Part shown: piece after piece, positions 8,465 to 16,940 of the stretch
Layout of the letters: each line of letters opens with the position of its first letter
Position numbering within the stretch: position 1 is the first letter of the stretch
Source of the DNA: Eubacterium sp.
GTDB lineage: Bacteria > Bacillota > Clostridia > Lachnospirales > Lachnospiraceae
NCBI GenBank assembly: GCA_022767895.1
Contig: JALENH010000216.1
Location: 1-41,698 of the forward strand
Direction: 5' to 3'
DNA length: 41,698 nucleotides
Notes under the pieces: model-generated
Seen by the model: only the letters and a program-made list of their open reading frames with translations
Told to the model about the DNA's origin: nothing
Databases searched by the model: none
Translations under genes and position numbers: made by a program

Positions 8465-10081
8465 ATGAAACGAGTCAATATATTGGATTGTACGTTACGT
8501 GATGGCGGCTATCTCATCGACAGCCAGTTTGGCAATACGGCCATAAAAGGGATTATTCGGGGACTTACCGAGAGCGGTGTGGATGTCATCGAATGTGGCT
8601 TTCTCAAGGATGAACCACATCAGAATGGAAACACCGTATTCAACAATGCCAGTCAGCTCCGTTCCTTTTTGCCGGAAGACCGCAAGCAGGCTTCCTATGT
8701 ATGTCTGGCGGATTACAGCCGCTACCATATTGATCAGCTTGAGCCCTATGACGGAAGCTCCATCGATGGTGTCCGAGCCTGCTTTTTTAAAGAAGAACGC
8801 TATGAAGTAATTGATTTCTGCAAAAGCATTATAAATAAAGGATACAAGCTTTACGTCCAACCGGTGGATATTTTAGGCTACACCGACTCAGAGCTTCTGG
8901 AATTAATTGATATGGTAAATGATTTGGAACCCTATGCTTTTTCCATCGTGGACACTTTTGGCTCCCTTTACCGGGAGGATCTCCAACGCGTCTTCCATCT
9001 GGTCCACCATAATCTGTGGGCCAATGCACGGATTGGATTCCACTCCCATAACAATCTGCAAATGTCCTTCTCGCTGTCCCAGGAATTCATTGAAATGAGC
9101 CAGGGTCTCCGGGACGTGGTGGTAGATAGTTCTATGGCTGGTATGGGGCGTGGTGCCGGCAACACCAACACAGAACTTGTCATGCAATACATGAACCGGA
9201 AATTCAACAGCGGTTATGATATTGATATCGTTCTGGATTTGATTGATAACTATATAGACGGATTTCATAACCAGTATGAATGGGGATACTCCATTCCTTA
9301 TTTTCTGGCGGGCTCGCATAGTGCACATGTCAATAACATTTCCTACCTGGCTACCAAGGCAGGTATTGCCAGCCGGGATATCAATTTCCTCTTAAACCGA
9401 CTGGAGCCTTCCGAGAGAAAACGTTATGATTATGATTTGCTGGAAAGGACCTATTTAGAATATTTGAATACAATTTGTGATGACAGCAACGCAATAAAGG
9501 AACTGAAACAGGCTCTGTCAGGCAAAGATATTCTGATTCTGCTGCCCGGACATTCCATTGTGACACACCGGGATTCCATTCAGAATTTCTGCCAAAAAAA
9601 GCATCCTGTGGTAATCAGTGTCAATCTTCTGTCCGCTGAATATCCGATTCACTATGCCTATTTTAGCAACAAGAACCGCTATCAGTACTGGCGAAGCGCC
9701 TCACATTTCCATGACTACAAAAAGATTGTCACCTCCAATGTCACTACCGCAGAGGAGAAGGATCAGTTTATCATTGATTTTTCCAGACTTGTTAAATGTG
9801 GCTGGGAACAATTGGATAATTCCGGTATTCTGCTTTTGCGCCTGCTGGATCTGATGGATGTCGGCAGCATTGCCATCGCCGGATTTGACGGTTACAGCCA
9901 CAACAATGACAGTCAGAACTACGTACAGAAGGCCATGGAAAAGACACGAAATACCCTAAATGCCGAAGAGGCGAATAAAGACATAAAAAGTATGCTTCAG
10001 GATTATATGAACACAAGAAAAAGTAACTGCCCAATTCGGTTCATCACACCATCCCACTTTGAATCAGTGGTGAATGGATAA
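8465..10081 (+). CDS. DRE-TIM metallolyase (HMGL-like / 4-hydroxy-2-oxovalerate aldolase-like) with an extra C-terminal domain
   Basis: ILDCTLRDGGY, SIVDTFGS, GFHSHNNLQ, GMGRGAGNTNTE; start moved to ATG 8465 after AAGGAGG 8453-8459. Confidence 0.85.
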   Translation: MKRVNILDCTLRDGGYLIDSQFGNTAIKGIIRGLTESGVDVIECGFLKDEPHQNGNTVFNNASQLRSFLPEDRKQASYVCLADYSRYHIDQLEPYDGSSIDGVRACFFKEERYEVIDFCKSIINKGYKLYVQPVDILGYTDSELLELIDMVNDLEPYAFSIVDTFGSLYREDLQRVFHLVHHNLWANARIGFHSHNNLQMSFSLSQEFIEMSQGLRDVVVDSSMAGMGRGAGNTNTELVMQYMNRKFNSGYDIDIVLDLIDNYIDGFHNQYEWGYSIPYFLAGSHSAHVNNISYLATKAGIASRDINFLLNRLEPSERKRYDYDLLERTYLEYLNTICDDSNAIKELKQALSGKDILILLPGHSIVTHRDSIQNFCQKKHPVVISVNLLSAEYPIHYAYFSNKNRYQYWRSASHFHDYKKIVTSNVTTAEEKDQFIIDFSRLVKCGWEQLDNSGILLLRLLDLMDVGSIAIAGFDGYSHNNDSQNYVQKAMEKTRNTLNAEEANKDIKSMLQDYMNTRKSNCPIRFITPSHFESVVNG

Positions 10082-10100
10082 AAATGGAGGTTGAATAAAC

Positions 10101-10607
10101 ATGAAAAAAGACCTGACAAAGATTAAGCTTTTTGCCATGGATGTAGATGGTACCTTGACCGATGGAAAAATATATATCAGCGATACCGGAGAAGCGATGA
10201 AAGCTTTTAGTCCGAAGGACGGTCTGGGAATTAAACTGTTGATTCGTCATGGCATCACCCCGGTCATCATCACCGGACGAACCTCTGAAATTGTTAAAAA
10301 ACGCTGTGAGGAAATCGGCATTCATGTACTATATCAGGGGATTACCAATAAAGCGGCAAAATTGTGTGAACTTATGAAAAAATTAAATCTTTCTCCCGAA
10401 CAGGTAGCCTATATTGGAGATGACATGAATGATTTGAGCGCCATGGAGACTGCCGGCGTGTCTTTTGCTCCGGCTGATTGTGCCAGCCAGCTTGTCCCCT
10501 TCGTAGATATCATATTGACAAAAAAAGCCGGTGACTCCCCTGTGCGGGAAGCCATCGACATGATTTTGAACGATTGTCTTACTCTTGCGGACTACGAAAA
10601 TCTCTGA
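10101..10607 (+). CDS. kdsC: HAD phosphatase, KdsC/YrbI family
   Basis: MDVDGTLTDG, KAF..KDGLGI, IITGR, AYIGDDMND, VREAID. Confidence 0.88.
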   Translation: MKKDLTKIKLFAMDVDGTLTDGKIYISDTGEAMKAFSPKDGLGIKLLIRHGITPVIITGRTSEIVKKRCEEIGIHVLYQGITNKAAKLCELMKKLNLSPEQVAYIGDDMNDLSAMETAGVSFAPADCASQLVPFVDIILTKKAGDSPVREAIDMILNDCLTLADYENL

Positions 10608-10631
10608 TTTTTGTAGTCCTTTTGATTCCGG

Positions 10632-12074
10632 CTACTCTTCCTCATTGGTTTCCATTTCTTCGTTCTCTTCTGTTTTTTCTTCAAAATAAATTTGTTTTAC
10701 TTCATCAAATACAATTTCATTCATCAAAATGTCTGCATTTGCTTCAGCTATATGAATGCCAAATACAGCACGATCCCATTCTTTGGGAATCGAAATAGCA
10801 AACCCGGCATGATAATAGCATCGCAGCCGTTTGCCAAGAATAAATATCTGCTTGCCGCAGGGATGTTCCACCGAATTGATACGCTTCCCATTATGTTCCG
10901 CAAAAATATAGTCATCCACTTTCATGGCATAAATAGGTGTACAGAACCGTCCCCGCCACATTCCATCAAATTCTGATTGTGGGTCATGAATCACATGAAA
11001 TAACTTTACAGTCCTATCCGACATTCTGGCAAGCTCTACGCCCTTGTAGACAAGTACACAGTCGCCGTCTTTATATACACGTTTTGCACGTACCTGTTTC
11101 CCCGCTCTCATGGATAACATTCCCTCAATAATTGGCAATGAGGTTGGAATACTAAGAATTATTTTTACACGTATCTTCTTCAATAATTTCTGCAAATCAT
11201 TTCTCAGATTTTCCAATTCCTCTTCTGTCAGTATCTCCTCAATCATGGCCTGCTTGCTTTTCATCATAATAAGACGCATATGATAAGCAACCACATACTG
11301 CACATACGGAATGATTCTATGTTTTTTCTTCCTGGAATACTGGAACAACCGCCAATATCCTGTTTCCAGAAACGTTGTATAGCGGTCCTTATTCCTCCAT
11401 GCTGTATCTACGAGAGAAGAGTGGTCTTCCCTCTTTCGATAATAATAGCAGGCACCTCTAATCAATCCATATTTTCCCTCGTTTATAATAATCTGATTGA
11501 TAGCAAGAGCATCTTCCCAAAAATTCATAGTCTCATCAAAATGAAGCTGCTGCAGGGCATCTCCCCTCACAAAAACACCGCCTACATAGTAATGGGGAAA
11601 ATTGAACTGTTTCTTGATATCTACAACTTCTGCTTCCCGAAAACGCCAATTCAGACGTTGTTCTTCCTCAACAGCGCCAAAACACATCAATTCAATCGTT
11701 GCAATATGAATATCCTCATGTTTTTTGAAATAGGCAACTGCCCTTTCCAGCGCACTTTCTTCCAGTTTGTCATCCGAATCCAGAAAAGTGACTAATTCAT
11801 CTCCTTGTTCTCTGCACATTCGAAGGCCCTGATTGCGTAAAGCAGAGACTCCCTGGTTCTCATCATAATGCTTAATGACAATATTGTCCGGATACTGCTT
11901 CTGATACTCTTCGCACAAGGCAAGAGACCCATCCGTACTAGCATCATCTAAGAGGATTAAACGCACATGACTGGTAAAGGACAACGTCTGGTTGATCACA
12001 CTGTCTATCGTCTCCTGCAAATATTTTTCTGTATTGTAAATTGGTACTATTACCGCTATCATAAGTTCCCTCAT
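10632..12074 (-). CDS. GT2 glycosyltransferase, GgaA-like (minor teichoic acid biosynthesis)
   Basis: VIVPIYNTEKYL, LDDASTDGS, FLDSDD, FWEDA, YYYRKR; resembles B. subtilis GgaA as recalled; ATG 12074 overlaps the tarJ stop (ATGA). Confidence 0.8.
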   Translation of the reverse strand: MRELMIAVIVPIYNTEKYLQETIDSVINQTLSFTSHVRLILLDDASTDGSLALCEEYQKQYPDNIVIKHYDENQGVSALRNQGLRMCREQGDELVTFLDSDDKLEESALERAVAYFKKHEDIHIATIELMCFGAVEEEQRLNWRFREAEVVDIKKQFNFPHYYVGGVFVRGDALQQLHFDETMNFWEDALAINQIIINEGKYGLIRGACYYYRKREDHSSLVDTAWRNKDRYTTFLETGYWRLFQYSRKKKHRIIPYVQYVVAYHMRLIMMKSKQAMIEEILTEEELENLRNDLQKLLKKIRVKIILSIPTSLPIIEGMLSMRAGKQVRAKRVYKDGDCVLVYKGVELARMSDRTVKLFHVIHDPQSEFDGMWRGRFCTPIYAMKVDDYIFAEHNGKRINSVEHPCGKQIFILGKRLRCYYHAGFAISIPKEWDRAVFGIHIAEANADILMNEIVFDEVKQIYFEEKTEENEEMETNEEE

Positions 12075-13096
12075 TTCTCCCAAAGCATAATTGTCTTTCC
12101 AAAAGATTTCTGAATATCCATCTCAAATGCCTTTTTCATATCGGCAATGGAATGAACCGGAATGACTGCTCCCACAATGTTCGATAAATAATTTATAATC
12201 TCCGGATGCTCCCGATACAGCTCCACAGTCTTCTCAAAATCCGCTCTGCCGCTTCGACTGCTTCCGAAAATCCGAAGACCTTTTTCCAGTACCATGCGTG
12301 TATTGATGGGCACCGGATATTCCGAAACACCAAGAATAGAAATCGTACCCTCCGGCTTAATATAGTCTATAATCTGATCAATGGCCTTTCCCGAGCCAGC
12401 ACCACCAACACATTCAAAAGCGTGGTCAAGTTCCAAGTCTTTTGGTATATCACTGACACGAAATGTACCGTCTGCAAAGGTAAAGTCAGACAGCTTGTCC
12501 TTGCTGATTCCAAAAATATACAGCTTTGTATCCGGGAACATGGTCTTAAAGAAAATGGCCGTGATATAGCCAAGATTGCCATCCCCCCAGATTCCCACCA
12601 CATCCCTGCGGCCATGAGCAAAGCGGTCAAACCGAGACAGAGCATGCACACTGACACTGACTATCTCTGTAAAAGCAGCTACCTCTTTGTCAATCCCCTC
12701 CGGGAGCATCACAAGACGGTCCTGGCGAATTTTTACGTACTCCTGCATAAATCCATTAAACCCGCTGGCACGGAATTTGCTGGAACGTAAATAATTCTCT
12801 GCAATAAATTCATCCTCTTCCACCGGAGTATTGGGAATCATTACGACTTCATCACCAGGTTTAAACTGACCGGTGGGGTCTCTGAGAACCGTCCCAATTG
12901 CTTCGTGAATCAGCGCCATGGGAAGTTTCTCCCGAAGTATATGATCTTCTCTGAGCCCCTGATAATAACGCTGGTCTGCATTACAAATAGACAGATGGGT
13001 CGGACGAACAATCACATCATTATCCTGCAGCCCAATATTTTCATAGGTCACCTCAAAACGTCTTGGTGCCACTAACTGATAAACTGTATTAAGCAT
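12071..13096 (-). CDS. tarJ: Ribitol-5-phosphate dehydrogenase (ribulose-5-P reductase)
   Basis: LSICNADQRYYQG, LPMALIHE, FRASGFNGFMQE, GIWGDGNLG, HAFECVGG, GSSRSG. Confidence 0.92.
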   Translation of the reverse strand: MLNTVYQLVAPRRFEVTYENIGLQDNDVIVRPTHLSICNADQRYYQGLREDHILREKLPMALIHEAIGTVLRDPTGQFKPGDEVVMIPNTPVEEDEFIAENYLRSSKFRASGFNGFMQEYVKIRQDRLVMLPEGIDKEVAAFTEIVSVSVHALSRFDRFAHGRRDVVGIWGDGNLGYITAIFFKTMFPDTKLYIFGISKDKLSDFTFADGTFRVSDIPKDLELDHAFECVGGAGSGKAIDQIIDYIKPEGTISILGVSEYPVPINTRMVLEKGLRIFGSSRSGRADFEKTVELYREHPEIINYLSNIVGAVIPVHSIADMKKAFEMDIQKSFGKTIMLWEK

Positions 13097-13102
13097 TCGC
13101 TC

Positions 13103-13816
13103 TTAATCCTCCTGCTCTGACTGAATCAACGTCTCTGCCACACGCAGATCATAAGGATAAGTAATCTTTATATTAGACACTTCTCCTTCCACGAGATATA
13201 CGTCTTCCCCCTTCATAACAAAAATCTTTGCCGCATCGGTAAGTATCTGTTTCTCCTCTTCTGTCAGGGATTCATACAAAGATTTCAGTTTCTTCAGACG
13301 GAACGTCTGCGGCGTCTGTCCCTGATACATCTTACTACGGTCAGGTACAGATGAAATAATTTTGCCATCTTCACTCTGAACAATCGTATCGGTAGCCGCC
13401 ACCGCTGTGTCGCAGGCACCGTACTTCAGAGCGTACTCAATATTCTCTTCGATGATCCGATGAGTCACAAACGGACGCACCGAATCATGGGTCAAAATAA
13501 TCGTATCTTCGTCTACTTCATAGTTTTCTTCAATATATGAAATCGCATTCATGATAGTTTCATTTCTTGTGTTTCCCCCAGCCATCACGGCAATCTGATT
13601 GGTTTCACCTAAATATTTTTTTATAAGATTTTTTGTGTGATGAATCCACTGCTCCGGACACAGCACAAGAATCTTTTCAAATTTATCATTCACATAAAAT
13701 TTTTCAATCGTATGAATAATAATCGGTCTGTCCCCAATGTTCATATACTGTTTGGGTTTCTCTACATTTCCCATCCGGCTACCCACACCACCTGCTAATA
13801 AAACTCCAAATACCAT
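13103..13816 (-). CDS. tarI: Ribitol-5-phosphate cytidylyltransferase (IspD/TarI family)
   Basis: LAGGVGSRMG, PKQY, THDSVRPF, GQTPQTF, NIKITYPYDL; adjacent to tarJ. Confidence 0.9.
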   Translation of the reverse strand: MVFGVLLAGGVGSRMGNVEKPKQYMNIGDRPIIIHTIEKFYVNDKFEKILVLCPEQWIHHTKNLIKKYLGETNQIAVMAGGNTRNETIMNAISYIEENYEVDEDTIILTHDSVRPFVTHRIIEENIEYALKYGACDTAVAATDTIVQSEDGKIISSVPDRSKMYQGQTPQTFRLKKLKSLYESLTEEEKQILTDAAKIFVMKGEDVYLVEGEVSNIKITYPYDLRVAETLIQSEQED

Positions 13817-13852
13817 AATCTGTAAGAACCTCCATTTTTCTTCATTTTTCTT

Positions 13853-13881
13853 ATCATATCACATCTTTTCCGCCTTTTCAA
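13853..13881 (-). promoter_or_regulatory. Internal promoter for tarIJ
   Basis: - strand TTGAAA (13881-13876), 17 nt, TGaTATGAT (13858-13853). Confidence 0.55.
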
Positions 13882-15995
13882 CTTCCTCCAGGCTTTGACA
13901 ACGTCTCGTATATCCTCTTTCTTGCTCTATAATCTCTATGCAAAAACATATTATCCATTTCTTTGTATTGCTGCTTATTTGGTTTTCCTGAATGCCTCAC
14001 CGCTTTTTTCAACAATGAATACAACTCCCTCGAATCTGATGCAAAATCTCCTATGCCTCCTTCAAAAGGGCGCTCGCTTTCGCGGTAATCGCTCATTCCG
14101 GAGAGAAACTCTTCATAATCCGGGAAAAAATATATTACTTTTCTTCTAAGATAAGCAAAGTCATACACATAATTCGAAAAATCTGTAATAAAAATTGAAT
14201 ATTCTTCTTCCCTCACGGTTTCTTCTGCCAGTTTAATATATTTTCCATCCAAATTAAATAAATGAGCATAACGGTACAAAATGGGATGCATTTTCAATTC
14301 CAGTCTATAATGATGCCATTTCAAAAAACGAAGCAATCTCCTATCAGTAAGAAAGGCATTTATTTCCTTATAAAAACGTGAATTCAAAAAAAGATCTTCT
14401 CTTGTAACCCATTGGTGTCCTACCATATCTACCAAATATTTTCTCCAAGAAGGCGCATATAAAATTTTCCGTTTGGGTTTCTCGTCTAAATCAAATAAAT
14501 CATTTCTTGGCATACAGGACTCAATTAATTGATGCTTTTTAAAGCCATATAACGCCAGCATATTCTTCTTCTCAAATTTTGCCGTCACGACCATTTTATC
14601 TACCTGCATTCGATCCACTGAATACTTCCACGGAATATGTGCATGAAAAACGCCATGCTGCAAATAGATAATTTGTGGAATTGTAGCGACATCCTGTACA
14701 TTCTGATATTCCTCATCTGTAAATGGTAAATAATTATTTTTTTCGATAAATGCGGTAATTACAAAATCTGCCAGGCAATATAATAATTTGTGTTTCTGAC
14801 TTCCAAAGGGAACCACACATTCCCATTGTTTTTCATTAAATAAATCCCTGCGCATATCCAGGTCATCATTCAAAATGTAATATCTTTTGACCTTATCCTT
14901 TTTTTCTAAATCATAAACAAACTGGTGATAACCATTATCTCTTTTTACACCTTTACAGTCATAGTATAACCATATTTGATCCTTTTTCTTATTGCGGGCT
15001 TCATATATCCGGGTACGAAAAGCCGCAGTTTCCGGAAGTTCGCTCTGAAACTTGTTCTGAAATTGGTTATAATAGTTGACCTTATCCTCCTTTGGCTTTT
15101 TCTGCACATAAAAGGTATTTCTTTCAAAGCGGAAAACATACCCGTTCTGATAATAACAATATCGATTTAACCGCGTATTGAATACAACATCCGGCATGAA
15201 ATAATAGTATGTATCATATTCTACCCCATTCAGCCTCACATAAAAATGAAATTTATTAACTAAGTCAATAGAGATGCGATATGAAAACTGATAAAATCTG
15301 CAAATCTCCTCTTTGGTTTTGTAAAAATTCCAAGAGGATGGCCGCAACTCAACTTCTTTTTTTTCACTACTATCATTTTCCTGCACATACAATTGTGGTG
15401 CTTTCGTAAAAGAAAATATTGGCGACTTAATAAAAGCTACAATTTCCAAATACTTTCCCTGTGGCCGATATTTTGTCAAAACAATCTCAAGTTTTTTGGC
15501 AGTATAGTAAACTTCATCATTACAGGTTATCATCAACTGCTCTCTGTCAGAAACGACACGAATCTCATTTTTGTCTCCAAGCGAGAGAAAATAATATTTT
15601 TGAAATGTATCTATCCATTTAGAATTCATTATTATCTCGTTATCGATATACTCAAATATCTGATGATATTCCCGCTGCACTTGTAATAAATGAGATTTCT
15701 CATAATGATAAGGCCACAATACATTTGCCTTCATTTTCCATGAATAGTCAAAGAGAAAGAGTTTTTGCCACAAAACAGACCGTCTCTTTTCGAAACACTC
15801 TTTCCAGAAAGAAAGATTAGTCTCAAAATGATAAAACGGAAAACATTTTAACCGCAAGAGATCTGAATTTGTCTTCTCCTCCCCCTCGGTAATAACCGGA
15901 TATAACTCCATATTCGGATTCTCACTTACCACAGTCCGTACGCAATCCAGTTCCTCCTGTGACAATCCATTGTAATCAATCAGTAAACATCCCAT
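13878..15995 (-). CDS. CDP-polyol:polymer phosphotransferase, paralog of 27367-30024 lacking an intact GT2 domain
   Basis: YLQHG, CMPRND, ILYAPSWRKYLV, KMHP, ITDFSNYVYDFAY. Confidence 0.82.
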   Translation of the reverse strand: MGCLLIDYNGLSQEELDCVRTVVSENPNMELYPVITEGEEKTNSDLLRLKCFPFYHFETNLSFWKECFEKRRSVLWQKLFLFDYSWKMKANVLWPYHYEKSHLLQVQREYHQIFEYIDNEIIMNSKWIDTFQKYYFLSLGDKNEIRVVSDREQLMITCNDEVYYTAKKLEIVLTKYRPQGKYLEIVAFIKSPIFSFTKAPQLYVQENDSSEKKEVELRPSSWNFYKTKEEICRFYQFSYRISIDLVNKFHFYVRLNGVEYDTYYYFMPDVVFNTRLNRYCYYQNGYVFRFERNTFYVQKKPKEDKVNYYNQFQNKFQSELPETAAFRTRIYEARNKKKDQIWLYYDCKGVKRDNGYHQFVYDLEKKDKVKRYYILNDDLDMRRDLFNEKQWECVVPFGSQKHKLLYCLADFVITAFIEKNNYLPFTDEEYQNVQDVATIPQIIYLQHGVFHAHIPWKYSVDRMQVDKMVVTAKFEKKNMLALYGFKKHQLIESCMPRNDLFDLDEKPKRKILYAPSWRKYLVDMVGHQWVTREDLFLNSRFYKEINAFLTDRRLLRFLKWHHYRLELKMHPILYRYAHLFNLDGKYIKLAEETVREEEYSIFITDFSNYVYDFAYLRRKVIYFFPDYEEFLSGMSDYRESERPFEGGIGDFASDSRELYSLLKKAVRHSGKPNKQQYKEMDNMFLHRDYRARKRIYETLSKPGGS

Positions 15996-15998
15996 GCT

Positions 15999-16940
15999 CT
16001 ATTCATTCTCCCCATTTAGGAATTCTCTGACAATATAAATTGGCCTGCCCTTTATTTCCGCAAACAGGATGGCGATATACTCACCAATAATTCCAATTAT
16101 AATCAATAACACGGCAAACATAAAGCACATGGCTACAATAATCGTAGAATATCCGCTTGGGACATTGAAACACACACGATTTACAATGGTATACACCATA
16201 AGGATAAAACCACATAATGCAACTATCAGCCCGGAATATATGCCAAGTTTCAAAGGCATATCCGAAAAGCTAAAGAGTGCATTTAAGGAGAATTTCAGCA
16301 ATTTCCGTATACTATATTTACTTTCACCTGCTTCCCTCTTACGTGCCTCATACTCAATTGTTGTCTTGCTAAATCCAAGGTTCTGAACAAAGCCACGCAG
16401 AAAACGTATATTTTCCCGATATTCCTTTTTCAAAACATCGGCAACAACTCTTGAAACAGCAAAGAAGTCAGATGCGTTATTCTCAAATTTCACCGATGAC
16501 ATCATATTGAGAACAAGATAAAACATTTTGGAAGTAATTCTTTTAATCAGTCCGGCATCCTCATTTTTTGTGCGGACCATGTTTATAACATCGAATCCGT
16601 TCTCGAATTTTTCTATTATTTTAGGAATATTCTCCGGCGGATGCTGTAAATCCGCATCTAAACAGACAATCCCGTCTCCCTGACTATGGTCAATACCGGC
16701 AATCATTGCAGCCTCATGCCCAAAATTTCTTGAGAAATTGACGACCTTAACCTTGTTATTGTTCTTTGCAAATTCTCTTAATAGAGACATGCTGTTATCC
16801 TGACTACCATCATTCACAAATATCAATTCATAATCCCAGGGACAATTTTCCAGTACCTTTGTGGTTTCCTCATAAAATGCAGGCAATACGGATTCCTCAT
16901 TATATACTGAAACAACGGCAGAAATTAGCTTATCCTTCAT
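15999..16940 (-). CDS. GT2 polyprenol-phosphate glycosyltransferase (GtrB/CsbB-like)
   Basis: SVYNEE, VNDGSQD, FSRNFGHE, DADLQHPP, REAGESKY, two C-terminal TMs; ATG 16940 preferred over 16964. Confidence 0.9.
   Translation of the reverse strand: MKDKLISAVVSVYNEESVLPAFYEETTKVLENCPWDYELIFVNDGSQDNSMSLLREFAKNNNKVKVVNFSRNFGHEAAMIAGIDHSQGDGIVCLDADLQHPPENIPKIIEKFENGFDVINMVRTKNEDAGLIKRITSKMFYLVLNMMSSVKFENNASDFFAVSRVVADVLKKEYRENIRFLRGFVQNLGFSKTTIEYEARKREAGESKYSIRKLLKFSLNALFSFSDMPLKLGIYSGLIVALCGFILMVYTIVNRVCFNVPSGYSTIIVAMCFMFAVLLIIIGIIGEYIAILFAEIKGRPIYIVREFLNGENE

Noticed and set aside
8465-10081. Aromatic catabolism (dmpG/mhpE) or leucine synthesis (leuA)
   Set aside because: No acetaldehyde dehydrogenase partner or leu genes; flanked by kdsB and kdsC
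13103-13816. MEP-pathway ispD
   Set aside because: Adjacent to tarJ in a polyol-phosphate locus, so TarI is the better call
13878-15995. Pseudogene of the GgaB-like gene
   Set aside because: The 705 aa frame is intact, transferase motifs are kept, and the gene starts 3 nt after the upstream stop, leaving no room for a broken 5' remnant
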